Positions 36,473 to 46,369 of a DNA stretch of 64,000 nt are shown piece by piece. Both the position numbers and the translations under genes were made by a program. The notes beneath the pieces were generated by a model. It made no database searches, was not told the origin of the DNA, and worked only from the letters and a program-made list of their open reading frames with translations. The stretch is taken from positions 207,048 to 271,047 of the forward strand of contig JAXGXJ010000005.1 in the NCBI GenBank assembly GCA_040772905.1, in the 5' to 3' direction. The stretch is from Thermoleophilia bacterium. Lineage in GTDB: Bacteria > Actinomycetota > Thermoleophilia > RBG-16-64-13. Positions within the stretch are counted from its first letter, which is position 1. The number at the start of each line of letters is the position of its first letter.

Positions 36473-39235
36473 ATGGCATGGCAGTCCAATCCGTACGTGT
36501 ATCTCATGCTCGCGGCCGGCTTCTTCTCCGTGGGTGTGGCCTACTTCACTGTGCGCCGGCCGCGGGTGCCGGGATCCATCCCGCTGGTGGTCATCACCTG
36601 CGTGGGAGCCTTCTGGGCCTGGACCGCGGGCCTCGAGCTCGCCTCAGCCGGCTTCGCGAATGCGGTCTTCTTCCACAAGCTGTCGTTCTTCGCCATGGAG
36701 GCGGTCGGCATCGCGTGGTTCGTCTTCGCCGCCGAGTATTCGGGCCGCGACCGTTGGATGACCTCACGCAGGCTGCTGGGCATGATGGCTCTCCCTCTCG
36801 TCACCCTGGTGTTGGTGTGGACCAACGGATGGCACGGGCTGATGTTCGAATCGTTACGCATGGAGGCGGCGGGCGACTACATGCTCCTGCGCAAGGGTCC
36901 CGGCATCTGGTGGTGGATCGACTCCGTCTACACCTACGGCCTTCTGCTGAGCGGCGTCGCCATATTGGGCCACATGTTCATCCGCGAGTACGGTCTCTAT
37001 CGCCGTCAGATCCTGGCCCTGCTGGCGGGCGTGGTGGTACCCATGGCCGCCGATGCCTTCTACGTGGGCACGCAGGGGGCGGAGCCCGTGAACATCGCTC
37101 CCGCGCTGTTCGCTTGGGTGGGGCTCGCCCTCTATTGGGGCTTCACCCGCTATCAGCTGCTCGACGTCACCCCTGTGGCGCGGGAGTTCGTGGCCGAGCA
37201 CATGGGTGACGCCCTCCTCGTCACCGACACCGAGGACCGGATCACGTACTTCAACCCCGTGGCCGAGGAGCTCTTGGGAACAGACCTCCGCGCCGCGGTG
37301 GGCAGACCCGTGGCCAGCATCATGGCCGACCTCCCCGGCATGTTCCCCGTCTACGAAAGAGCCCGCTGGGCCAGAGAGGGGATGTCGCAGGAATGGGAGT
37401 ATCTCGGTCGCTACTACGACGGCAAGATCTCTGCACTTCGCGACAGCCGCGGCCGCATCCGCGGGACCATCCTGGTACTGCGCGACACCACCGACCGCAA
37501 GACCGCCGAACTGGCCCTGGACGAGGCTCGGCGTGAGCTGGAAGACCGAGTGGTGGAGCGGACCGCCGAGCTGGCGGCTGAGAAGGAGCACTTGGCCCGA
37601 CTCAACACCCTGGCCGTGGAGATAGCCCGGTGCGGCACCAGTACCGACGTGCTCAACGCCGGCGTGCGCCTGGCCTGCGAAGCCGTGGGGTGCAACGAGG
37701 GTACTCTGTGGCTTCGCTCCCGCAAGGGGAAGATGCAGCTCCTACGCAACCACAGCCTGGGCCGCGTCACCTGGCAGGCCCTGGAGGAACTCTTGCAGAC
37801 CTCGCACGAGGTGGAGATCGCCATGGCAGAGGGCACGGCTGTGTGTGTGGGAGTCGAGCGGCAGGCTCAGGCCGAGTCCGGCGGTGAGGGCGGCGTGGCA
37901 CTGGTGAAGCTCTCGAAGCATCCTGGGTTCAGCCGCGTGCTGGTGGTGCCGTTGATCTCGCGAGGGCTCAATCTTGGGGCCCTGTGCCTATTGAGTTCCG
38001 ACCCGCTGTTCGGGACCCACGGCGAGACCACGCTTCTGGCCGGCGCGGTGGCCTCGCAGATCGCGGTCGCGCTGGAGAACGCCCGGCGTTACGAGGACGC
38101 CCAGTTCCTGGCCGAGCGCGACTCACTCACCCGCCTGCTCAACCATCGTGGCATCAGCAAGCGACTGGACGAAGAGGTGGCTCTTTGCGAGGGCACGGGC
38201 GGTGTCTTCGGCTTGGTCATGATCGACGTTGACAACTTCAAGCTCTTCAACGACGCCTACGGGCACGTGGTGGGCGACCGGGTGCTCCAGGGCGTGGCCC
38301 GCATCCTCACGACCTCGTTGCGCCGCTCGGACGTGGTCGCCCGTTACGGCGGCGACGAGTTCATCGCCGTCCTGCCCGACACCGACGCCGAAGCAGCCGT
38401 GCAGCTGGTGGAGCGGGTACGCAACTCACTGGAAGACAGCCCGTTCCTGGTAGATGACGGCCGCACCATCCCCCTCAAGATGAGCTACGGCGTGGCAACC
38501 TACCCCTACGACGGCCACAGCGCCGCTGAACTCCTTGCCGCCGCCGACGCCAACCTCTACCGCTCCAAGCGGCACGGAGGCGACTTCATCACCGTCTCGG
38601 GCAGCGACGACAGTCATCGCCCTGTCAGCATGGGCTCGTTCTCGGTGCTCGACGGTCTGGTGACCACCGTGGACAACAAGGACCACTACACCCGTCGACA
38701 CTCCGACAACGTGACCGAGTACTCGCTTGCTCTCGCCTCCAAGATGGGCATGTCATTGGACACCCAGCGCTCGTTGCGGGTGGCGGCACTCCTGCACGAC
38801 GTGGGCAAGCTGGGCGTGCCCGACCACATACTGCGCAAACCATCGAACCTCACCGAGGAAGAGTTCGAGATCATCAAGAACCACGTGACTCTGGGCGAGC
38901 TCATCATCCAAGGGATCCCCAACCAGGAGGAGGTGCTGAGCGCCGTCAGCACCCACCACGAGCGCTGGGACGGGAAAGGCTACCCCCGCGGCCTCAAAGC
39001 CGAGCAGATCCCGCTGCTGGGCCGGATACTGGCCGTCACCGACGCGTACTCGGCCATGACCACCGATCGCCCCTACCGCAAGGCCCTTACTCCGCAGGAT
39101 GCCAAGGCCGAACTGAAGCGGGCATCAGGCACGCAACTCGATCCCGAGATAGTCAGCGTGTTCCTGGAAGTGCTGGAGGACGAGGAAGCCCGTCACGAGT
39201 CGCGCGTCGCCGTCTTCGCCTCGGGTCGCTTCTAG
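36473..39235 (+). CDS. HisKA_7TM-PAS-GAF-GGDEF-HD-GYP c-di-GMP enzyme
   Basis: 7TM N-terminus (TNGWHGL), RRSD I-site plus YGGDEF, LHDVGK and HHERWDGKGYP. Confidence 0.9.
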   Translation: MAWQSNPYVYLMLAAGFFSVGVAYFTVRRPRVPGSIPLVVITCVGAFWAWTAGLELASAGFANAVFFHKLSFFAMEAVGIAWFVFAAEYSGRDRWMTSRRLLGMMALPLVTLVLVWTNGWHGLMFESLRMEAAGDYMLLRKGPGIWWWIDSVYTYGLLLSGVAILGHMFIREYGLYRRQILALLAGVVVPMAADAFYVGTQGAEPVNIAPALFAWVGLALYWGFTRYQLLDVTPVAREFVAEHMGDALLVTDTEDRITYFNPVAEELLGTDLRAAVGRPVASIMADLPGMFPVYERARWAREGMSQEWEYLGRYYDGKISALRDSRGRIRGTILVLRDTTDRKTAELALDEARRELEDRVVERTAELAAEKEHLARLNTLAVEIARCGTSTDVLNAGVRLACEAVGCNEGTLWLRSRKGKMQLLRNHSLGRVTWQALEELLQTSHEVEIAMAEGTAVCVGVERQAQAESGGEGGVALVKLSKHPGFSRVLVVPLISRGLNLGALCLLSSDPLFGTHGETTLLAGAVASQIAVALENARRYEDAQFLAERDSLTRLLNHRGISKRLDEEVALCEGTGGVFGLVMIDVDNFKLFNDAYGHVVGDRVLQGVARILTTSLRRSDVVARYGGDEFIAVLPDTDAEAAVQLVERVRNSLEDSPFLVDDGRTIPLKMSYGVATYPYDGHSAAELLAAADANLYRSKRHGGDFITVSGSDDSHRPVSMGSFSVLDGLVTTVDNKDHYTRRHSDNVTEYSLALASKMGMSLDTQRSLRVAALLHDVGKLGVPDHILRKPSNLTEEEFEIIKNHVTLGELIIQGIPNQEEVLSAVSTHHERWDGKGYPRGLKAEQIPLLGRILAVTDAYSAMTTDRPYRKALTPQDAKAELKRASGTQLDPEIVSVFLEVLEDEEARHESRVAVFASGRF

Positions 39236-40101
39236 CGGCGGCGCAGCCGCCTCCAGAGGGAGGTTCGGCCCGCCGGTTCCTGCAGGTCGTCGCGCAACAG
39301 CGGATGGGGGACGTACTCACCGGGCCAGACCATGAGCGTCGAAGGCCACGCATGCCGAGCCAACTCGGGTCCCGAGATGCGCCGGCTCACCAGTCCCACA
39401 TACCCCAGGTAGCGCCCGTCGTCCTGCCTCAGCGCCTCGCGATACCAGACAGCTGAGTCGGTGGCAGCCGCCCACTCCTGCCACAGCCGGTGGCCATCCT
39501 CCAAGATCCCGGAGAACGTCACCTCGAACAGCCCGGTCTTGCTCACGTGGTCGCGCCACCAGTCGGCGGTATGCAGGGTCCAGTAATCCCCCGTCCATAA
39601 CCGCTTCAGATGGCTCGGCACCCTCGGCCCTGTGTCGTTCATCAACCCCGCCGAGGCGAAGGCGAAGATGCCATCTTGGCGCACGAAATGCGCCAGGTAG
39701 TTGAGATAGAGATCGTCGGTACCGAAGAAGTTGAACGAGTCGACACAGAACACGGCATCGAAGGACTCTTCAGCGAACGGCAGATGGCGGGCATCGGCGT
39801 GGAAGGGGTACACGCGGTCCGATAGGCCGGCGTCCTCGATGCGCCTGAGGTTCTCGTCGGCCCCGGTCCACAGATCGACGGCCCACACCTCCACCCCGAA
39901 CTCGCGGGCCAGGAAGATGGACGACTTCGCCTTGCCGCAGCCCAGGTCGAGCACCCGCATGTCGGGCTCCAACGTCACCATGCCGGTCAGCCACTCGGTC
40001 AACCAAAGCGGATGAGCGGCCATGGGACTCTCCGCGATCCAATCGGGGTTGTAGGCGTTGGACCGAGTGAAGCGGTCGTTCTGTAGAGGTGCGATCTTCA
40101 T
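39232..40101 (-). CDS. class I SAM-dependent methyltransferase
   Basis: VLDLGCGK, VWAVDLW, DARHLPF...FDAV. Confidence 0.88.
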   Translation of the reverse strand: MKIAPLQNDRFTRSNAYNPDWIAESPMAAHPLWLTEWLTGMVTLEPDMRVLDLGCGKAKSSIFLAREFGVEVWAVDLWTGADENLRRIEDAGLSDRVYPFHADARHLPFAEESFDAVFCVDSFNFFGTDDLYLNYLAHFVRQDGIFAFASAGLMNDTGPRVPSHLKRLWTGDYWTLHTADWWRDHVSKTGLFEVTFSGILEDGHRLWQEWAAATDSAVWYREALRQDDGRYLGYVGLVSRRISGPELARHAWPSTLMVWPGEYVPHPLLRDDLQEPAGRTSLWRRLRRR

Positions 40102-40218
40102 GCACCACTCCCAGTGGAGAGCCGCGCCCGGCGCATGCTCCACAGATGTCGATACAGCTCAGGCGTGAGACAATACCCCAGATCACGCTTCTCCGATACT
40201 GACAAGGAGAGTATTCGG

Positions 40219-40488
40219 ATGCCTAGTTGGTTGGGCCCCTGGGAAATCCTTATCGTCGTCGTCATCATCTTGCTCATCTTCGGAGGCAAGCTGATACCGC
40301 GGCTGGGTTCGTCCTTGGGACGTTCGCTGCTCGGGCTCAAGAAGGGCCTCAAAGAGGGCGAAGAGGGCTTCAAAGAAGCCATCAAGGAAGAGGAAGCGGA
40401 GGCGGCCAAACTCAACGCCGCCGCCGCCGCCGCCGACGAGACCGCCTCTCAGTCCACGACCGCCTCCAAGAAGACCGACGACGCCTGA
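40219..40488 (+). CDS. tatA: twin-arginine translocase TatA/E
   Basis: LGPWEILIV..LLIFGGK.IP.LG..LG amphipathic helix. Confidence 0.9.
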   Translation: MPSWLGPWEILIVVVIILLIFGGKLIPRLGSSLGRSLLGLKKGLKEGEEGFKEAIKEEEAEAAKLNAAAAAADETASQSTTASKKTDDA

Positions 40489-40505
40489 GACCTACGCTTA
40501 GACGA

Positions 40506-40537
40506 GCGCCCCGGCGGCCGTGCAGCCGCCGGGGCGC
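40506..40537. terminator. 13-bp perfect hairpin between convergent tatA and ADH genes
   Basis: GCGCCCCGGCGGC-CGTGCA-GCCGCCGGGGCGC. Confidence 0.65.
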
Positions 40538-40561
40538 AGCATTCTCGATCGCGTCCGTCGC

Positions 40562-41644
40562 TCAGTCGAACAGTATGATGTTGCGCAGGGCCTCCCCGCG
40601 CTCCACCGTCGCCATGGCCTCGTTGATCTCTTCCAGCCGGTAATACTTGGTGATGAGTTCATCGAGCTTCAGTCTGCCCGCCTTGTAGAGGTTCACCAAC
40701 TTGGGGATGTCGTTCTTGAGGTTGGTGCTCCCCATCCAACACCCGGCCACCGACCGCTCTTCCCGGAACAGGGCGAAGGGCGACACCGGAACGGTGTCGG
40801 TGACTTTGGGGATGCCCACCCACACGACCTGACCGCGCGCCGCCGCCATGGCGATGCTCTCCTCCATGGCTTTCGTCGATCCCACGGTCACGAACACGTA
40901 GTCGGCGGCACGGCCGCCCGTCATCTCCCTGACCGTCTGGATAGCGTCCACCTTGGTGCTGTTGATGGTGTGCGTGGCCCCGAACGTCTTGGCCGCCTCG
41001 AGTTTCTCGTCGTTGACGTCCACGGCGATGATGGGATATGCGCTCACCGACGCCGCCCCCTGGACCGCGTTCAGCCCCACACCACCGACGCCCACCACCA
41101 CCACGCTGGAGCCAAGTTCCACTTTGGCGCGCCACACCACGGCACCGAACCCGGTGATCACCCCGCACGCCAGCAGACTGGCACGGTCGAGAGGCATGTC
41201 GTCGGGCAGTTTGACCAGCTGAGACTTGTGCACCACTGTGTACTCGGCGAACGTCCCGGTGAGGAAGGCCTGGTCGAGCGCCTGGCCGTCTTTGTTCTTG
41301 TAGGGGGAGGAGACACCGCGCTCCCAGGGATACTCACAGAGACTAGGCCGTCCGGTGGTGCACATCACACACTCGCCGCACGAGATGAGAAGTGACACCA
41401 ACACCCGGTCGCCGGGCTGGAAACCGTTGACGCCCTCGCCGACCTCCTCCACGAACCCGGCCGTCTCGTGACCGCCCACCGTCGGCGCCCCAAAGGGGAG
41501 TTCACCCCTCACCAGATGGATGTCGCTGTGGCAGATGGCGGTGGCGGAGCACTTGACCTTCACTTCGCCCGGACCCGGGGAGCGGATCTCGATGTCCTCG
41601 ATGACGAGGGGTTTGCCGAACTCGTAGCACACTGCTGCCTTCAT
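40562..41644 (-). CDS. Zn-dependent alcohol dehydrogenase
   Basis: ICHSD, GHETAG, CGECVMC...C, LACGV.TG, GVGGVG. Confidence 0.92.
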   Translation of the reverse strand: MKAAVCYEFGKPLVIEDIEIRSPGPGEVKVKCSATAICHSDIHLVRGELPFGAPTVGGHETAGFVEEVGEGVNGFQPGDRVLVSLLISCGECVMCTTGRPSLCEYPWERGVSSPYKNKDGQALDQAFLTGTFAEYTVVHKSQLVKLPDDMPLDRASLLACGVITGFGAVVWRAKVELGSSVVVVGVGGVGLNAVQGAASVSAYPIIAVDVNDEKLEAAKTFGATHTINSTKVDAIQTVREMTGGRAADYVFVTVGSTKAMEESIAMAAARGQVVWVGIPKVTDTVPVSPFALFREERSVAGCWMGSTNLKNDIPKLVNLYKAGRLKLDELITKYYRLEEINEAMATVERGEALRNIILFD

Positions 41645-41753
41645 GGGCCCCTCCCTGTGGTGTGTGAGTGACTACACCGTAGGTCGTGGTGTCAGAGCTT
41701 GTCAAATGCTATGACCGACACGTATGGGAACCGAGCGCCATTCCCGGCTGGTA

Positions 41754-42209
41754 TCAGTAGCGCGGCTCCTCCAGCGACTCGCGGTAGGCCTGTTCCACTC
41801 CCACATCTCGCATGCGGTCGTTCATGGCCCGCCAGCGCGCGGCCAAGTTCTCGGGATAGGCATTGCGATCGCAGGGGTACTCCACGCACTGGAAGCAGAA
41901 GTCCACGCCCTTCTCGGGCGCACAGGTGCGCGCCGCGCAGAAGGGAAGTGGAGGGCCACCCGCGCGGCATCCTGCACACGATGCGCCGGTGAAGAACTGC
42001 AGGACCTCCTGGAACTGCGAGTAGCCGGCCAGAGACGGGTTCCTGTCGGCCACGCGCTCAGCCATCTTTTCGAAGCCTGCCAGCGCGGCCCGGAGTTCCG
42101 TGGCCAGCCTGCGCACGCGCCCCTCCTCCGCCATGACGCAGCGTTCGCAATCGACGCCGCACGGAGCAAGGCGCGACACCACCTGTCCATAGGTCACAGC
42201 CCCATCCAT
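41754..42209 (-). CDS. DUF3795 Cys-rich protein
   Basis: APCGVDCERC...CAGCR...C...C...FCFQC.EYPC. Confidence 0.8.
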   Translation of the reverse strand: MDGAVTYGQVVSRLAPCGVDCERCVMAEEGRVRRLATELRAALAGFEKMAERVADRNPSLAGYSQFQEVLQFFTGASCAGCRAGGPPLPFCAARTCAPEKGVDFCFQCVEYPCDRNAYPENLAARWRAMNDRMRDVGVEQAYRESLEEPRY

Positions 42210-42227
42210 GCGCCTCCTCCTTCAGAC

Positions 42228-42257
42228 GCGCAGCCGCGGCTCACGCCGCGGCTGCGC
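42228..42257. terminator. 13-bp perfect hairpin
   Basis: GCGCAGCCGCGGC-TCAC-GCCGCGGCTGCGC between co-oriented genes. Confidence 0.5.
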
Positions 42258-42283
42258 CCACCAGTCCGACGTGTCGGCGCCGG

Positions 42284-43138
42284 CTAGTCCTCTTCGCGCC
42301 AATGCCAGTCGCGGCCGCCTTTGAACACGTTGGCGTTCATCTCGTTGCTGAGATGCAGCAGATGCGCGTGGGGGAAGCGCTCGGCCATAGCGTAGTAGAA
42401 GCCGGCCACGGTGTCCTGGCGGGCCAACTCCTCCTCGGTCACATGGAGGTACTCACGCGTGAACCTGACCGCGCTCAGATCGAACTGCATGCCGGGCTTG
42501 GCGTGGCCGGGGATGATGACCTCCGCCCCCATGCCTTCGATGCGATCGAGTTCGGCCAGCCACTGCTGCCGTTCCTGGGCCGTGATCTCACAGGTGAAAG
42601 GATGCGCCTCGTTGAAGAGGACGTCACTCGCGTACAGCGTCTTGATGGAGGGGATCCACACCATGGTGTTGTAGCGCATGTCACCCAGGACCTTGGAGAT
42701 GATCTCCAGGCGCTGACCTTCCAGCTCGATGTAGTCCTCCTGCAGGGTCTCCACGTGGACGGTCTTACGGCAGACGTTGTGTGCGCCGATGACGCTCTCC
42801 CAGATCTCGACCTTGCCGAAGAACTGCGAGTTGATGATGTCGGCCTCAGAGGGGACCGCCACCACCCGCGCGTTGGGGAAGGCCTCAGCGATGGTGCCTG
42901 CCCCGAAGTAGTGGTCGGGATGAGCGTGTGTGAGATAGATGGTGGTGAGGTTCTTCCCGGTATCGAGGATCTCGGCGATCACACGATGGGCATTGGACAG
43001 GGTCCACTGGGCGTCGATGAGCACGGCGTCCTTCTCACCCATGACGATGACCGACGCGACCTCGAACCCCTCTTCGTCACAGAAGAAGACCTTGGTCGAA
43101 AGTGGCTCGTTCCCATTGGCGTTCAGTCGGATCTCCAT
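42284..43138 (-). CDS. metallo-beta-lactamase-fold hydrolase
   Basis: THAHPDHYFG, ASD, IPGH. Confidence 0.88.
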   Translation of the reverse strand: MEIRLNANGNEPLSTKVFFCDEEGFEVASVIVMGEKDAVLIDAQWTLSNAHRVIAEILDTGKNLTTIYLTHAHPDHYFGAGTIAEAFPNARVVAVPSEADIINSQFFGKVEIWESVIGAHNVCRKTVHVETLQEDYIELEGQRLEIISKVLGDMRYNTMVWIPSIKTLYASDVLFNEAHPFTCEITAQERQQWLAELDRIEGMGAEVIIPGHAKPGMQFDLSAVRFTREYLHVTEEELARQDTVAGFYYAMAERFPHAHLLHLSNEMNANVFKGGRDWHWREED

Positions 43139-43287
43139 GCAGGCACTCCCCCCGGCCTTGGGTTTTTCTTGAGTCTAGCACCGTGAAACGAGCCGGGCCG
43201 ACACGCATCCACCTCGATGCGCGGGAAGGAATAGAAAAGCGGCTTCATGCGCAAACAGCATGGGAGCGCCCGCACTCAACCACCGTC

Positions 43288-43888
43288 TTACCGCCGGGGT
43301 TCGTCGAACTCACGCAGCAACAGCCGCCAATCAGCGTCGTGGATACAACGCGGATCACACAGCGCGGGAAGGTACACCAGACGCTCGTCGCACACTTCCA
43401 ACCGGTCATCCGCAGTCGGTGCGACGCCGCCGTCACCGTGCTCGCGCAGCCACGGCGCTACCTCCACGAAGCGGCTGAGAGTACGGGCATCCTGTCTGCC
43501 CAGGAGTATCTGCGAGAAGAGCCGGGCATCGGCTGCGGCCGTAGACCCTGGATGCTGAGGGAACTCCAGGGCCACGAGCGCTGGAGCCTTCTGCGTGAGC
43601 CGCACCCCCAGACGTTCCACCACAGACCTGGCGAGCGAGAAGGCGGGCACGAAGATGCGCCTCCGCCGATCGCCGGCGAATGACACCAGCACTTCCCACA
43701 CGGCCAGATAGCTCTCTGGAGTGCGCTCAGCCGTCTGGCTGGTGACGGCGGCCACCAGCGGCGGCACCCGCCGCAGCCCCTCAGCCGTAGGCTCATGCAC
43801 CAGCCCGCAGCACGGGCAGACGAAGAGCACAGCCTCGGCCTCAGCCCTCAACTTGGAGCCGCAGTCGGCGCAGACCAGTGGGATGAGT
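43288..43888 (-). CDS. zinc-ribbon hypothetical protein; no in-frame start found, possibly frameshifted continuation of upstream gene
   Basis: ELIPLVCADCGSKL...FVCPCCG, YLAVW. Confidence 0.55.
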
Positions 43889-44902
43889 TCAGCTTGCGAA
43901 AGGGTCGTGATACGTCACCATCCCTTCCCGGCGCCGGCCCACGAGAGCGCCGAATTCCTCCTGCAACCGCCGCGCGGCCCCCAGAGGAGCGGCGGCGGCG
44001 TGAACCGCGGCCTCATACCCGTTCACCACCATCATGTACGGATGGCCCGCCACCTCGTAGTCCAACCGCCACAGGGGATAGAAGAGCAGGGTCAGCGATT
44101 CGCGCAACGTGAAGAAGCGGGTCTCAGCCCTTTGCACGTCTGAGAGCGGATCCATCGTCAGTGCGCGTCCGCGCTCGAGGACCTCGTCCGCGGACGTCTG
44201 CGGGGGGAGTACCACACAGTCATCCAAGTCACCTGCAAGAACGGGGAGAAGAGGCTCCCTACCGGTCACCCGCGGCCTGGCCGCACCCACAGAGGCTGGA
44301 TCGGAGGCGGTCTGATAGTGGCGTCTCTCGCTCAGCCTGCCGTCCCGCACGGGCTCACGCACCTGCCGCAACTCCATGCGCGGGTTCTGTTCGTCACCAG
44401 AGAACTCCGCCCGAATCCGCCGGCGATAGCCGAACTCCCAGCCCGCCACCAAAGCGCTGTACTCCCAGATGGGCAGGTAGATGAGCCGAGTGGACCGGAA
44501 GGGAGCGGTGCGCGCAGCTCGAGCGACACCGGGGTGACGCCGCAACCAGGCGCGGGCGATGGACCCGGCCTCATCCGCGGACACTCGCTGCGGCAGACGC
44601 CGGCGGTCGAAGCCCCCGTGGGCTGCGACCAACACGTGGACGCCACAATGGCAACAGGCCAGCAGCCGAGAGCCACCGACGACGGCGAGTGAGCCCGCGC
44701 ATTGCGGGCAGCGGACGGCGCGCAGCGCAGCGTCGGCCGCCAAGGTGGAACCGCACGACGGGCACACCACTACATCGGCGTACGCCGGCCAGGTGAGCCC
44801 GGCCGCGCACTGCGGGCAGATGCTTCCGTTGGCAGGGTCTCGGTCCACGACGATGCTCATCCGCGATCGTGGCACTCCTTGGCTGGTGACGACACGCATC
44901 AT
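43889..44902 (-). CDS. double zinc-ribbon hypothetical protein
   Basis: CPQC..CPSC, CPQC..CHC, YLPIW, FYPLW. Confidence 0.7.
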   Translation of the reverse strand: MMRVVTSQGVPRSRMSIVVDRDPANGSICPQCAAGLTWPAYADVVVCPSCGSTLAADAALRAVRCPQCAGSLAVVGGSRLLACCHCGVHVLVAAHGGFDRRRLPQRVSADEAGSIARAWLRRHPGVARAARTAPFRSTRLIYLPIWEYSALVAGWEFGYRRRIRAEFSGDEQNPRMELRQVREPVRDGRLSERRHYQTASDPASVGAARPRVTGREPLLPVLAGDLDDCVVLPPQTSADEVLERGRALTMDPLSDVQRAETRFFTLRESLTLLFYPLWRLDYEVAGHPYMMVVNGYEAAVHAAAAPLGAARRLQEEFGALVGRRREGMVTYHDPFAS

Positions 44903-44960
44903 CTGTAGCTATCGCCTCGAGGAGGCCTCCGCTTGAGCGCCGGGTCTCATGCGACGCATC

Positions 44961-46241
44961 CTACGGCACCGACGGCTGAGTCACGGTCAGACCACGGACG
45001 GCGCGCGGCGCCCACACCAGGAAGCCGCTCAGCAGGATGAGCCCGCCCGAGAGGGCGAACCAGGGCGCGACGCCGGTCCTCTCCGCCAGTGGTCCGGCCA
45101 GCAGAAGCCCGGGCGCGGCCACTAGGAGCGAGATGGTGGTGTAGAGAGACAGCACTCGACCCAGACGCGACGGTTCCACAAGCGTCTGGAAGAGAGCCGT
45201 CAGCGGAGCCGCGAACAGCGGCACCGATACACCCATGAACACGCACAGGCCCACGAACGCCCAGAACCCCGAACCGGGGAGCAGGCCCGCGCCCGCCAGT
45301 AAGGCCCCTTCGCAGACGATCCCCACGCCGATGAGGCGCACCGGTGTGACACGGGACGACAGCCTCCCCATGAGAAGAGACCCCACCAGCATCCCCCCGC
45401 CGAAGGCGAGTTCCACCACACTGGCTCCCAAAGCCCCACCCTTGAAATGCTCGAACGTCATGAGGGGGAACAGCGCGTTCAGCGGCATGTAGAGCAGCGT
45501 CACCAGCGTGAGCACCATGGTCAGATAGAAGAGCGCACGGTGTCGCAGCAATTCGCGCCAGCCCTCGACGAACTCGGCCAGCAGACCCTCGGCCACGGCG
45601 TCCCCGATCGGCCGTTGCGGGTGCGGGATCCGGACCAGCAGCAACGTCACCACGGCGATGACGGCCCCCACGATATCCACCGACAGCACAGCGGTCATGG
45701 GTGCCACTCCCATGAGAAAGGCTCCCAACACCGGCCCAGCCATGGCCACGCCCGACCCCAAGAAGAAGTTCCAGCCTGCCACCCGCATCAAGTGCTCCTG
45801 AGGCACATACATGGGCACCGCCGCCTGGCTGGCCGGAGTGTGGAAACCGGCGCCCAACGAACGCAGGGCCACGATGGCGATGATGGCTCCCACAGACGCG
45901 CGGCCGAAGGCGAAGAGCGCGATGAGACCCAGACTGGTGACCGCGATGCAGAGATCCACCACCATCATGGTGATCCGTCGGTCCCAGCGATCGATGAAGG
46001 TACCGGCCACCGGCCCTATGACGGCCTGGGGCATAAGACCGGCGATGGAGGCGTAGGCCAGGATGCTGGCCGAGCCGGTGGTGGCGGTCAACCACCAGAC
46101 GAGCGCGAAGTTCACGGCGCTGCTGCCCAGCAGAGAGAAAGCCTGACCGGAGAAGATGATGAGGAAGGTGCGAAGCCAGCCATCCCCCCGGGAGGCTGCG
46201 AGTCCGTCGGACGACGCGGTTTCGTCGTTAGCCATCCGCAC
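44961..46241 (-). CDS. MFS transporter, DHA3 / Mef(A)-like efflux family
   Basis: GQAFSLLGS..WWLT..TGSA, GP.AG..IDRWDRR, FHTPA, LGRV. Confidence 0.85.
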   Translation of the reverse strand: MRMANDETASSDGLAASRGDGWLRTFLIIFSGQAFSLLGSSAVNFALVWWLTATTGSASILAYASIAGLMPQAVIGPVAGTFIDRWDRRITMMVVDLCIAVTSLGLIALFAFGRASVGAIIAIVALRSLGAGFHTPASQAAVPMYVPQEHLMRVAGWNFFLGSGVAMAGPVLGAFLMGVAPMTAVLSVDIVGAVIAVVTLLLVRIPHPQRPIGDAVAEGLLAEFVEGWRELLRHRALFYLTMVLTLVTLLYMPLNALFPLMTFEHFKGGALGASVVELAFGGGMLVGSLLMGRLSSRVTPVRLIGVGIVCEGALLAGAGLLPGSGFWAFVGLCVFMGVSVPLFAAPLTALFQTLVEPSRLGRVLSLYTTISLLVAAPGLLLAGPLAERTGVAPWFALSGGLILLSGFLVWAPRAVRGLTVTQPSVP

Positions 46242-46265
46242 ATGGTAGCGTACGAGCCTGATTGT

Positions 46266-46311
46266 TTTTATCCGGGTGATATTGACAGGGATAATTTTAT
46301 CCGGGTATTAT
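46266..46311 (+). promoter_or_regulatory. sigma70-type promoter with tandem operator-like repeats
   Basis: TTGACA 46282-46287, 18 nt, TATTAT 46306-46311; TTTTATCCGGGT at 46266-46277 and 46295-46306. Confidence 0.75.
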
Positions 46312-46369
46312 TGTGCTCGCGCAGGCCAAGGCAGCGCGGTGGAACACAACCGGACTTGAGGAGTGGGAC

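Noticed and set aside
44961-46241. Bona fide mef(A) macrolide resistance gene
   Set aside because: Only family-level similarity; no msr(D) or mobile context
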